Part shown: one piece after another, positions 26,021 through 39,049 of the stretch | Layout: each line of letters opens with the position of its first letter | Numbering within the stretch: position 1 is the stretch's first letter | Source of the DNA: Negaprion brevirostris | Lineage: Eukaryota | Assembly: GCA_030324005.1 (NCBI GenBank) | Contig: JARDVH010000157.1 | Coordinates: 13,993,685-14,052,367, forward strand | Direction: 5' to 3' | Length of the DNA: 58,683 nt | Translations under genes and position numbers: made by a program | The notes under the pieces: model-generated | Database searches by the model: none | The model's input: only the letters and a program-made list of their open reading frames with translations | Told to the model about the DNA's origin: nothing

Positions 26021-27662
26021 AAATTAAATTTTAATATCCTAAAGGTGAGAATTGAAAGAACAATAGTACATGAGAGTGGTACTCTTCGTGAAAAGTTGTC
26101 AGCATCAGGAAGAGCCTTTTAAGTAACAGGCTACAGACTGAGGGGGTACTGCAGGTTTGCAGGAAATAATGAAGGAACTTGGGGAATCCAAATTGGAAAG
26201 AACTTTATCACCAGATAGTGTGAATTTTGAATATAGATATTAAATGTTTCATAGGAAAGGAATGAGAGGTCAAAAGTAAATATGACCTCCCATTCAGTCC
26301 CTTTCCCTGATCCAACTGAAATTAAAGAAAAAAGTTCAAACATTATTAACTGATACCATTGCTATGTTTAAATATTATTCTATGGAATCGTTACAGTTGA
26401 ATTTATCCAATGAACAAGTATATTATTGTCTTTGTCAATTTTATCTCCAGTATTAAGGTGATGAGAAAAAAAGTGGGTCGCAAAGTTATCAAAAATTTTT
26501 AAAATGCTTTATATTTGCTGTGTACTATATAATAAACAAATCCTTCATACCTACCAGAAAAACCCTTTTGAAGTAATGGTATCCTGTGAAACATTTTTAT
26601 GGCTTTCGGAGACGTACACCATTGGTACAAATTTAAATTGTTCAGTAGCCTGATGAGTTACTACTAGTGTTGTCAGTGTAGCATTGATTTTGCTGATATG
26701 TCCCATGGTTAGAAATCAAACTGAACTCTCGGCTGATGCTTTACAATGTACATTTTGTTGAATCTTACACATTGATTTTATTACTGTGCCCACAAGGGCC
26801 AACTTGATTTAGGAACCAGTCTACTCTCTCTTCTACTGAATTTCTTTCACTCTTTCCAGATACAGTTCTATGCATCTTTTAATAGCTTATCAAAATGTCT
26901 GTCATTTAAGTATGAATATTAACTGTGTTAGTATGCAGCAGGTTTACGGATGCATGACCAAATTAGATAATCCTCATCTTACGTCCATTCATTGAGGCCC
27001 TCAAGTGGATGTTTCTTATGTTAAATGGTTGAAAACTAGGTGAAGTGGGGAGAAGCATTAAAAGCTACCCCTTGCCTTTTTTTCTCAACCCTTTGCCCCC
27101 TTCTGCAGTTCTCTCTTTCCAAACCCAAACCGACCTCTCCTATCTGGCCTACGTTCATCGCTGATCCTACACCACTGCTGGGTATATTATTGACCGTTAC
27201 CAGTTCTTCCTTGGTGGTGCAGGTAGCAATGCAGAGCTGCTGGCCGCTACTTGGCTGGCAGTCCTCAGGTGGCGGTGGTGTCGTCGTCCAGCCATTGGGC
27301 AGGGCCCGTCACCAAGATTAATTTCTGCCCATTAATCCACCACCAATGATGCCAGATCTGCTGAGTATTTCCTTTGTTTTTATTTGATTTCCAGCAAGTG
27401 CAGAAGTATTTTGCTTTTGTGTCTTAGTGGACCTTTAATGGGAAAGGCCAATTAAGATGCATAGTTGGAATGGCCAGGCTGAAATAAGTCAACCAAAAAC
27501 AGAATAAGGATCTCACCTGAAATCTTCTTTATCAGTATGATTTGCTACCATGCCAATTACTGGCTTTTCCTTTTGAACAATCATTTTTATTATGTATAGT
27601 ATATATTTCCATAAGGATATGTTGGGGAAAATATTTAGGTTTGAATATATCACCACTTTTCT

Positions 27663-27957
27663 TTTAGTGTCACAAGTAGTCTTATGTTAATGCTGCAATG
27701 AAGTTGGTGAAAATCCTCTAGTCGCCACACTCCAGTGCCTGTTCGGGAACACTGAAGGGGAATTTACCGTGACCAGTGCACCTAACCAGCAGNNNNNNNN
27801 NNAGGTCTTTTGGACTGTGGGAGGAAACGGAGCACTTGAAGGAAACCCATGCAAACACGTGTAGACTCCACACAGGCAGTGACCCAAGACGGGAATCAAA
27901 CCTGGTTCCCTGGTACTGTGAGGCAGCAGTGCTAACCACTGTGTCAATATGCTGCCC
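27663..27957 (-). mobile_element. V-SINE with alternative tail
   Basis: Reverse GGGCAGC..ACACAGTGGTTAGCACTGCTGCCTCACAG head, V-domain and GGCGACTAGAGGATTTTCAC tail. Confidence 0.9.
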
Positions 27958-29551
27958 AATCTTCAATCTTGTCTGCATATCATGAGAGCTTGTGAGCAGT
28001 GTCATAGATATTGCAGGGGAAGAACATTCAGAATTTAATAAAATGATCTTCACTAAATTGAGTTGTTTTGTCTAAAGAATTTTGGAAATATACCTGAAAC
28101 GGAATGTACCAGAACATAATTAAAAACCTGCATTCCCTTAAGGCTCTGAAAGAAAGGACAAAAATAAACACCATTTCTTCTTCCAAGATCGCCTCAAAAA
28201 ATACAGACAAGGTAACAATCCAAGCAGACAAAACAGCCTCTGTCCTGGCACAGGCCAAAGGATTTATTTTAAGCTGTCTTTTTATTCTGCAAGCTGCCTG
28301 AATGCCAGCTGTTCTTGGGCTATGTCTTTTGTTTTACACGGTCATTGTTTTCATTCCATGAAAGGAAAACTTGCACTCTAGAGCAAAAAAGGAGTGGGGG
28401 AATAGAGAATGATTTTAACTCCTTAACTACTTGGTCACAACAAAGGCAGATTTGGGTTTAAGAAATATGAAAATACTTTGTTCTGATAGAACCAGTGAGG
28501 TTTACAAAAGGTAGGTATATTCCTATTTAGATATAAAGACAAAAATAAGATTTCTAGTGACAAAATGCCAAATGCTGGTTACATGGAGTTTTCAAAACTT
28601 TCAATCCTAGTTCATGAAGTCTCCTTTTTCTTTAACTTAATAGCAAACTTACTTGTTAAAATAACATGCATCCTTTTGAAAAATTAAAATATAAAATAGT
28701 TTTAAAATGTTTTGTACGTATATGCCTTGTGAAATAAAGATTCGACACTTACTGTCATTTCTTTGCTCATAGCAAACCAATAGTGCTTCTTTTTGAGTGT
28801 TCTGATTTTATTAGGGTCATGTGCCTTGTGGAATTAAAAGTATGTCTGGACAAATATTATAATGTCTTATTGAAAGACTCTTTAACATTCTATCATTTTC
28901 CCCAAAGAAATGACAATATTAGAATAATTGTAACTAATCTTATCACAATTATTCCAGAGATATTACAATAAGTGATCCTTTTAAAAAGAAATTGAACTGT
29001 TACAACCCTAGATCTTACTTTGCATATAACTTTTTTCAGTATTTTAATTTAAATTGAATGCACTGACATCGTTGCCCTGTCTTCTGATATTGTTCAGCTC
29101 CTACACAAAATATATTTTTTTCCTGGACCAAGGCATACAAGGCCCCTTAAAAACAACTCTTCATCCCATTGCTGGTCTGTTTGAGAGACTGAGATACTGT
29201 TGGTGAGATTTCCTCCACAAAAACATTTCACATGTCATTTCCCTGGTATCACCATCAACACTCATATTGGGACACAGATAAAACTAAAAAAAAAACCACA
29301 TCACAAATAAATTTTGTGATAAATATGGTGAATTATTTCACTTGATTGATTTTTAAGTGAAGTACCTTTGGTAAGACTTGCACCGTCCCCTCAAGGCCCA
29401 ATCTGCTGAGTAGCCCAGCATGGGAGCTGGCTGATTTTCCCCCTTTTCCCAGAACTAACAATCTGAGGGATGCCTACTTGGTGCGTACAGCTCTCTAGCA
29501 GCATGATAAATATGATGTGGGGATGCCGGTGTTGGCCTGGGGTAAACAGAG

Positions 29552-29833
29552 TAAGAAGTCTCACAACACCAGGTTAAAGTCTAACAAGTTTATTTGATCG
29601 TAAACCTACTAGCTTTTGGGGTTTGCTCCTTCATCAGGTGACTGGAGAATTCTGGTCACAAACAGAGCATATAAAGGCGCACACAGTTTACAGAATACTG
29701 ATTTCTAGAAATCAGTATTCAGTTTGTGACCAAAACTTGTCACTCACCTGATGAAGGAGCAAGCCCCGAAAGCTAGTGGGTTTACTATCAAATAAACTTG
29801 TTGGACTTTAACCTGGTGTTGTGAGACTTCTTA
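29552..29833. mobile_element. Penelope-like non-autonomous foldback element (inverted terminal repeats)
   Basis: Arms ~29552-29662 and ~29722-29833 are reverse complements (TAAGAAGTCTCACAACACCAGGTTAAAGTC / GACTTTAACCTGGTGTTGTGAGACTTCTTA). Confidence 0.85.
29743..29780 (+). ncRNA. Minimal type-I hammerhead ribozyme motif (Penelope-type)
   Basis: CUCAC / CUGAUGA / A-GGAGC-AA-GCCCC / GAAA / GC / UA / GUGGG: catalytic core boxes, stem I, stem II and palindromic AGCU in place of stem III. Confidence 0.7.
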
Positions 29834-29924
29834 ATTAGTATGATAAAGACTCAGACCTATCAAACAGGTGGACAGAGGAGATACTCCTTACTCATTCATG
29901 AGCTGCTTTAAAATCAATCCAAGC

Positions 29925-30140
29925 ATTGTATGACCATGGCGATCATCAGAATAAGGTAATCCTATCCTGAACCCATGTTCAAAGTGGTACATTTTCCAGC
30001 AGGGATTGCTAAGTAACAATCAATTGTAGAAGTAGTGGGCACCATTGCTGCTAATTCAGCACAGACCAGTGTTTGGATTTAGGATGATTTTGACCTATAT
30101 AGTTCAGTTACCCATAAACTCACTGGTTAATGCAAGGAAT
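29925..30140 (-). mobile_element. LF-SINE-like relic
   Basis: ATCCTATCCTGA...TTTTCCAGCAGGG...GCTAATTCAGCACAGACCAG in reverse LF-SINE order. Confidence 0.5.
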
Positions 30141-31655
30141 CCCACACAAAACAAATGTTATGAAAAGTTTCCACTCTGGCTTCCTTCCCCCCACCCTTGT
30201 TTGCCTAGCACACCCCCACATTATAAATATTTGAAGAGAAACATTTTTAAAACCAGTATATACTTGTTTCAGAGATCATTTAATACCTTAGATTTTTTTT
30301 AAACTCTGAGGCGCAACAACTCAAGAGCTTTTAAATATTTTATGAGCAACACAACAGGTTACAACAGTACTTTGCAGTGTAGACATATGTAAGGATTACT
30401 GCTGTTAAAATTTTTATGTTGGTTCTGGTAAGATTTATTTCTTCCAGATAGTATTAACCAAACAATTCCACACAAGCTTTCTACTTTTATGGAGGGAATC
30501 TTACCAACACATTTTTCAGTCCCTTAAACAGACTAGCAGTGGGATGGAAGTATTTTTTAAGGGGCCCCATATGCCTTAGTCCAGGGGAAAAAATACATTT
30601 TGTAAGCAGCTTCCAGCAGTCAATTCCAAGTAGGACCCAATTTGGATATTTAAGAAAACTCACCTTTTCATGTGTCTAGCTCTGTCCTATGATTGACTCT
30701 GAAATCAATTAAATGAATGTTCTACAAGGAGCAGGTGATTTACTGTAGAGCAACAGGCTGTTACTTTTAAAATTTATCAATTTTTAGATTTTACAAATTC
30801 TATAAACCTATGAAGGGATTACATCTTGGTTAATAGCCCTCCTCTTGAACTATTAAAAGTTAAATGTTTCTGTTGAATTGCAACTAGGTTTTGATCCAGT
30901 GATGATAGAGCTCTGAAGGGAATGCTATCCACAGCACACCATTTCCTTTCGTGATATTATATAACAGAAAGCTATTCCAAGATGTCTCTTTTCAGCCTAT
31001 CCCATACTTGAAAGCAATATCAAAGCAAAAATATGCTAACCAGGAACAGCCGAGTGACATTAGTGTTTAGGTGTGAACCATTAATGTACATCAGTGGAAT
31101 GCACTTCCCTTTTAGCTGTTCTTGCCTAGAAGACAGAGCTAGTCAAGAATTGATACACAATCTGGTAATGCAAACCTGAATATTATATGTTAGAAACTGT
31201 CTGGTCCACATTGATTCAGGAGTTCTTTTCCAGTTAGTATTATGACTGGAAGAAAAATCTGTTTCATTTCCGCCTGCAATGTCAACCTTTTTCACTAGTC
31301 TCCTGTGATTTTTGAAAAATATCTAGGGCACGTGTTCTTATCAATGCCTTTGCCAATGTAATCTTGACTTTGTGAGCAGTGCTGTAAATTAAACAAGGTT
31401 TTATTTCTGGCTCAGGTGGAGTCAAGAGCCACACAATGAAATGGAATTTATGGCATTTCTGTGAGTAGCTGTATAAATGGGAAACCATTTTCTTGCTGCA
31501 AGCATGGTACATCATTCAGCTAACCAATATAAGGATTGGTCTGGCAAAACTGAACAATCCCACAGTCAACTATGTATTGTGAAACTTGTACACCCACTAT
31601 TGTTGTTTGTTGTTTCAGGTGATGTGTATGATAAACGGCCTGGATTCCACAGTCC

Positions 31656-32894
31656 TCTAGGCTTAAAAACTGATCTAATTGAAAATATTCTAAAGTCTTC
31701 ACAGTATGTCACTTAAATGGTGCTCTGTAAATGGTTTGTTTACTCTCAGGAATATTTGGCCTAGTTTCTTGAAATTTGTCTGTGTGTGTCTCCGTGTGCA
31801 TAGGGCCACATCCTCTTGAATCAGTTCTGTAATATTAAATGCAGTATTCCCTTTTAATCAGCCCAAAATAATGGTTTCTCACATATCTTTTTCTTTTCCC
31901 CATTGATCCTTGACATAAGCATATACTAGATAAGAAAGCTTTAAACTTGCAATGAGCAAAAAACATGCACTCACTAATTGTTGAAATAAAACGTCTTTCT
32001 TTGCATGGAAGATTATTTACTTACTGAGCCAAATTGCCTGGTAACCAAAGGTGTGTCATATTAGCCCAGGTTGGATACAGTAGTCACCATGATCATTTGC
32101 AGCTGCATAAAGCACACAGCCATTCTAAAGCGGTGTTTATTAAACTGAGATTATGAGAAATGAAGGTTCACAAGCGAGCTCGTGATACATACACAGCTCA
32201 TTCAACATCCCTGCCCTGTGACAGATTCCTATCGAAACAGTTTTTGTTATGCATCTACAAGTCTTTCACCGTGATAAGGAAGTGAGTGCATTTAGCAACT
32301 ATGTTACTGAAAGCCAATTTAAGAAGGTTAGGCTAATGGAGCCCAAATTAAAACATCATTGGAATAAAAATGGCAGGTACAGTGCTCAAAGCCGATTTTT
32401 AAAAAATGCTTTTGCGAAAGAAGCATTATGGAAGAAAGGGTTGCTTCCCCCGACCCCCAAATACACAAGGTTCTGTAATGAATGGGCAATCCTATGCAGT
32501 ATGACCCAAGTTGATGTTTTATCCATCTCATGTAGATTTGCTATGAGATCTCTTTTTTTTTTAAATGGGAGTTGGGTTACTATCCACCTTTTTCCATTTG
32601 AAGTTTTACTGGGACCTATTCCTGGTCCTATCTTTTATGGAATATCAATGGCCCAATGATGATGTGGCTTTATCTAAAGAAAGAAAACAACTACAAGCAT
32701 GACTCTTTTTATTGATACTACATTTGAAGGATTTGAACTATGCAGTCTATGGGGAGGCCACACAGCTTATTCTAGGCTTAAAAACTGATCTAATTGAAAA
32801 TATTCTAAAGACTTCACAGTATGTCACCTTCTTAAATGGTGCTCTGTAAATGGTTTGTTTACTCTCAGGAATATTTGGCCTAGTTTCTTGAAAT
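31656..32894 (+). repeat. Near-identical ~120-bp direct repeat (31656-31775 and 32771-32894)
   Basis: TCTAGGCTTAAAAACTGATCTAATTG...CTAGTTTCTTGAAAT; one substitution and one 4-bp indel by eye. Confidence 0.95.
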
Positions 32895-34981
32895 CTGCGT
32901 GCATGTGTGTGTGTAAAAAAAAAATATATATATTTTTGCAATGCAATAGGAATTCCTTCAAGATTGAAAGAACAAAGTTCCTTTCAAGTTGTGTGAGTTG
33001 GCAAGTCTTAGGCCAGTTTTGTTAGAAATTGTTTAAAAAAATCTTAAGTCATCTGCTACCAGGAGATGAGTCCTGTTTGTCTAGCAACACTTTGGCCCAG
33101 ACCCACTGTTATGTCGGTTGCTATGGAGGGAAACATTTTGAGTGCCAGATTAAGAAAGAAACCGAAGTGAAATGGTTAGAAATATGATCCATGTTTAAGG
33201 GTGTGAATCATTGCACCACTTCAAGATGGGGCTGGCTGTACTGAATTCATTTTTCACTCCCCCCACTATTACAAAAAAAAATTGACTGACACCTTTCAGT
33301 TCCTTTCTAGCAGAGTTCAGGTTTCAGACCTTTATAGGCACTGTTTACAGATCAATCAAAAAAGCAGCTGTACATTCAAAGCAGGCTTCGTATCGGAATG
33401 TCTGCTTGCCTGCCTACCCGCCTGCCTCAGGCGTTGCCAAGTGTTGGCTGTTAGAGTGGTTGTGTTTGCTCATTGCATCTCAGACAGGCTGGCGATATGG
33501 ATAGCCTGTCTTCTTGAATGCACTGCACTCCATTTGACCCAGTAAGGACTGAAGAATTAAGAAGGGGAAGAATACCATTCGATAGATATTGTAGTTTCAG
33601 ATTTAAGGGGGCGGGGTGGACTTCAGACTTGATTCTGAATTAAAAACACAGCTAAAAGCCAGTTCAATTCAGGGTTTTGTGTAATCCATAATACAGTGCA
33701 TAACCTGCTAAAGTATTAAACAGTTCTCTTACTGACACGGCCATTAAAGGTACAGAAGTAATGCTTTGGATGTTTAACCAAAGCAGACTACTGCACTGTA
33801 ATGATATTTAAACTAAGACAAATGTTGTGAATTAGCCTATTAAGCAATTGCACCATATGATTCTGACTAATTCCCTGCCATATGGTTTGCAGTCTAGACA
33901 TGTTAGTGGAAATCTCTCTCGGTTACTTTCTTATTCTGGGATTAAATTTACCTAAATTACTATTTCCTTGCAGAAGGAACATCAACGTTAATGAAATCAT
34001 TTGGGAAGTGTTCAAAATATTCAATATAGCATGAAGTTGCAAATGTCATTTAACATTGTTTTGTCCAGCCTTGAATTGTACTACCTGACTCTCAAAGACT
34101 TCTAACCCTATGATCTATTAGCCTTCCACAATCTTCATCTACATTCAAACTCAAGTATTTCCACAATGGTGTTAAATTACATTTCAGATTACATTAGTGG
34201 CATCACATGTTGGATGCAGTAGGTGAAAGTTTATGCTTGGATGTGATGATGAGTAAGAGCCTCAATAAAATCATATGTAGATTCTAAAGAAATTTCGTGT
34301 GTGTAAATATATAATATGTATGAATAAAGACAATATAACAAGAATAATGGTCACACTTATATTCCTGCTATATTAATGAACAAAATAAAGAAATTTTATT
34401 ATGGAAACAAAACAAAAACGGGAAAAAGACCAATATGGTAAACAACGTGATGTTAACATTAGATTGTATCAATTAAATGTAGACCTATTTTAATAATAAA
34501 ACAAATACTGATTTGGTGTGAAACTGAAATACACCGAGCAAGAAGTTTGTGTATTTGATCTTTGAGTTATCTGATCTCAGCACAGGATGCAACTGGCCAC
34601 AGTTAGGGAAGGGCGGGGAAGGAAATAGTCTGGCGTTCCATTTCCTAATTGCTGTTGAGTGCTGTTCAGTTAAAAATTGTGCTGTTTGGAGTTTGGATGA
34701 GGATGGGGGCATTAGGCTTGGCCTTGAAACGTGGACAGATAACCTCATATCCAGGGTGAGAAATCGGGCTTGCCAATGCCTGTTTTATGTGTACAAGTGC
34801 CCTTAAAGCTCCAAAAAGGCATCACCAGTGCATGTGTACATTTGTGGGAGTGAATCATGCTAGACGTTGCAACCATTGATTTGACGCCTACCCAACCATT
34901 TTGAAGCTCAACACTCCAGCCAACGCACTCTGTAACATTGCAGAGCTGAACACTCAGCAGGAAGGACCTCCCCATCAGGGC

Positions 34982-36210
34982 TTTTTGTTTATCCTTTCAT
35001 GAGATGTGGATATCACTGACAAGGCCAGCATTTGTTTTCCTTCACTAATTGGTCTCAAGAAGTTCTTGAACTGCTGTAATCCACCTGGTGCAGGCACACC
35101 AACTTTGCTGTTAGGAAGGGGGTTTCAGGATTTTGATCCTGCAACAATGAAGGAATGGCTTAAGTTCCATGTCACGGTGGTGTAGGTTAGTGATTTGGAG
35201 GAAAATTTGCCAGTGATGTTCTTCCCATGTATCTGTTGCCTTTATCCTTCTAGGTGGTTATGAGTTTGGAAGATGCTATCGAAGGACCCTTGGTGAGTTG
35301 CGTCTTGCATATTGTGTTGTGCATCGGTTGTGGGGGCAAAATATGCTTAAATTGCTGGATGGTGTCCAGTTAAGTGGGTTACATTGTCCTGAATGATGCC
35401 AAGCTTCTTGAATGTTGTTGGAATTACACTCATTCAGGCAAATGAGTATTCAATTGTACTCCTGATTTCGTGTCTTACGGATGGTGGACAGGCTTTGGGG
35501 TGTTGGGAAGTGAGTTACTCAACATAGGATTGCCAGCACCTGACCACCTGTTGTAGTCACAGTATTTATATGCCTTCTGCAGTTCAGTTTCTGGCCCATG
35601 GTAACCCCTAGAATAGTGATTGTAGAAGATTCAGTGATGGTAATGCCACTAATCATCAAGGGGAGATGTTTAGAATCTCTCTGGTTAAAGATGGTCATTA
35701 TCTTACACTTGTGTGAATGTTATTTGCCACTGATCATCCCAAGCCTGAATGTTGTCCAGGTTTTGCTGTATATGGGCATGGGATGCTTTAGCGTCTGATT
35801 TATGAATGGTGCTGAATGCTGAGCCATGATTGGCAAACATTTCGACTTTTAATCTTATGGCAGAGGGAAATTCATTGATGAAGCAGCTGAAAATAGTGGA
35901 GCTAGGACACCACTCTGGGGAACTCCTGCAGTGATGGACTGAGATGATTGGCCATGAGACTTCATGGGTCTGGAGTCAGTGATAAGGACCTAAAGCAACT
36001 CCTTCCTGACAACCTGACAGGATACAACTGTGCTGCTGCCTCTTTCATGTTAGTGGTATAAGACATACCTCTGGGTGGGGTGATGGGATCTGGGACATTG
36101 ACTGTGAGATATGATTCTGAGAGTATGACAGTGTCAGCTGTTGTTTGACAACAGCTTGATATTGACAGCTATGGGACAACTCTTTCAATCTTGGCACAAG
36201 CCCCAGAGCA
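34982..36210 (-). mobile_element. Second CR1/L2-superclade LINE family, internally deleted (EN N-terminus joined to RT C-terminal half and 3' tail)
   Basis: Reverse: GLVPRLKELSH...VILSESYLT...PHEVSW, then AGVPQSGVL..FSCFINEFPS..VEMFAN; tail CAAATGCTGGCCTTGTCAGTGATATCCACATCTCATG-A-rich. Confidence 0.85.
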
Positions 36211-36249
36211 CATTCAAAATCAAATTTATACAGTGAATAAAGTCATGCC

Positions 36250-37260
36250 CTATTGCCGATGAAAGGCAAATAATCACGGCCTTGCCACCCACCCAGTTTG
36301 CCTTTGACTGCCCCATTGCTCCTATGTTGTACTGTGCCAGAGGCTGTAACAGAACTTGTGGGTGCCTGCTCAATTCCAGTGGAGAAGACTGCAGACACCC
36401 TTGGAGGACAAACTTGAACTGCAGTGGGCCTACCTAAAAGGCCCAGCTACAGACTGCACCATCTTAAACAGGCTAATCTAATGCAAGGACACTGTTGGAG
36501 TGGCGGTGCTGAAAGGATAAATGTTGCCTTCCTGAGGAAGGACAGCAGGTTTCTGCTCAATGGAATTATGCCATTTTCTCCAGCCCAGTCTCAGTAATCC
36601 TGTTAATCTGTTGGAGGACAGATTGCTGTGACACCTACAAGCCCTTTTTGTACAGTGTAATCCAAAGCCATGATGTGAAGACTCTGTACTTCTATGGATG
36701 CAAGCTGACTTTGCGTGACAGAAGTCTGTGTTCGCAGTGCTGTACTCAGTTGTGGCGTGGCTGTTGCTTGTGCTGCAATGGTAATCGACATCGATCATAC
36801 ACTCTCATGATTGGGCCCTCAATTGGGCAAATAGAGTTTGTTCCTCCTGTGCTGGAAAATTTAGACTCTGCTCTGTGCAAAGCCCTTTGCCAAATAGGTG
36901 TTGGATCCACCAATGCTGCTTGACATTTTCCACAGGCTTTCTGGCAGACATTTCAGGTACCAAGCATTTGGTTTTGCAAATTCAGTAACAACTTTCTGTG
37001 GCTGTAGCATCAAAATGCTCGTTTGAGTCCTCTGTGGAGTAACCTGTATGCAGCCTTAACCACTGACAAAGTGGCATCTGAACTACCTTTTATCTCCTGT
37101 CTTGGCTGTTGCCCATTCATGCCCAATGTTTCACCAGATGCAGATCCAGCCTCTGTCCTACCTGTGTGCAGTGTCAGTAACTAATCTCTTGTGCTACCTG
37201 CCTGTCATAATCTGTGTATCTGTTTTTGGGCTATCTAATTTGGGTCCCGCTGTTTGGGCT
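36250..37260 (-). mobile_element. Decayed coding relic, probably the accessory (Myb/SANT-type) ORF of a PIF/Harbinger transposon
   Basis: Reverse frames LLNLQNQMLG..LPESLWKMSSSI..NTYLAKGFAQS and MSITIAAQATA..IMALDYTVQKG; coiled-coil-like and broken by frameshifts; family assignment from recall only. Confidence 0.4.
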
Positions 37261-37509
37261 CACAGGCACAATTAGAGGACTACTAGAACAGCATAAATCA
37301 AGAGGAGGGGAGAAAATCCAGTTGAGAGTCCCTTAATGACATTTCAGAGCCTGGTCACAAAATGTACAACAATTAAGCAAAGTTGATATTAACAAGGAAT
37401 CAACCTAAAATTATTAGGGAGTAATTTTAATGAGAAAATTCAGCTGTGCAAAATGATAATCCTCTACTGCATTTCCATTGATACTTTCTACACTATCAAA
37501 GGTGGATGA

Positions 37510-37853
37510 TGTCAGAGTGGTGATATCACTGAACCAGAGACCCAGGTTTATGCTTTGGGACATAGGTTCAGATCCTGTCATGGGGCGGAGTTTACATTTT
37601 ATTGGTAAATCTTGAATATAAAGCTGGCAACAGTGTTTATTACCATGACAGCTATCATTGTTATAAAAACTCATCCGGTTTGCAGATGTCCTTTAGGAAG
37701 GAAACATGCCATCTATACCTGATCTGGCCTGCACTTGACTTGAAACCCACAGCAATGTGGTTGACCCACTGAAATGGCAATTGGGGATGGGCAACAAGTG
37801 CTGCCTTTGCCAGCAATGCCCATATTCCATAACAGAATAAAGGAAAAAAAAAA
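37510..37853 (+). mobile_element. tRNA-derived SINE with LINE-shared tail
   Basis: Head GTGGTGATATCACTG..GGTTCAGATCC; core shared with 2410-2660; tail GGCAATTGGGGATGGGCAACAAGTGCTGCCTTTGCCAGC..polyA matches the LINE tails at 34982 and ~51050. Confidence 0.8.
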
Positions 37854-39049
37854 TCAGTCCTCAAAAGCACAGAAAATTTGCAATTTACAAGATGTAAGAT
37901 GTTTGTATATAATAGTATTTTGAAATTGCACAAAAGTGAAGTCAGGCATAGCCTCATTATTTTGAATGACTTCTGATGTTGACTGTGGCCTTTATATATA
38001 ATGGGTATGTCAGTTGGCATTTATCCATTGAGAGCACTTTAAAGTAGTCACATCTCACAGGACAGTCTGTCCCCAGCTGTATACAGATAAGCTATTGAGT
38101 AATCTTCTCTCTACCACCAACAACCACCCCTCCGCCCCCCCCCAACCCGGATCTTTATGTCATGTTAACTACATAGTGCACTGTTCTTAGTGATCGGATT
38201 TTGAAATGAGAAAGAAAGAAGTTATTTTCCTGGAAACTGGATTCTGTGAATAATGGGGTCCATGCCATTCACAGAATTGCTGCTTTCTGAACTACATTGC
38301 TCTCTTTATATGTTAAAGTAATAATGCAATTCACTATTTTTCAAATTAAATAACACCCACTCTCCTGCTAACATGTATTGTTGACTATCTGAAGTTTATG
38401 ACTAGAGTTTGACTTAAACCCACAACAAAAAATGTAGAAAGCATTTGCTTGGTTACATAAGTATCTATAAAAACGTATCACACCATCATTGCTTTATCCT
38501 GACTAAGCTTCTCCAGGCTTTTCACACATACTGCTTGGAGATGCAGCCATAACATTTATCTCCACTACCTGATTCCTTGTGGTATTGCACATGGGTAGGC
38601 AGGGATCTTGTACATGGTTATGTTTAGCCCCTAACCTGATATGTGATTTTGTTGTCATTACTCAAATATTGCACGTGAAACAGTAGGTGATTGTAACTGC
38701 ATGTACGTATGCTGAGGCCAATTAAAGGTCAATAAATCACTTGTAAACTTTGCACTCCAGCTAAAAAGAACTAATAATGAAATGCTAGGCTTTCTTTCTC
38801 CCTTACTGAAAGCTCTTTTGTACCTACAACACATTATGTCATCTAGGATGTAATGGCTGTGTACTAAACTCAAGGCCATATGTCAATGTGTACCTGTGTA
38901 TGTGTGCTTGGACACAAACACATGTAATTACAATTTATTTGGTGTTTTAGAAGAACCAAGTCCCATTATTGTCAGAATTCAATGCAATGGAATGTTGATT
39001 ATTAACAGATCGTGTTTTTAAATCATTTAAATACTGTTATGGCATTTGT

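Noticed and set aside
31600-31625. Other AG|GT juxtapositions (TTTCAG|GTGATG here; TTTCAG|GTAACT at ~11090)
   Set aside because: Weak donor or poor branch point and pyrimidine tract; expected by chance in AT-rich DNA
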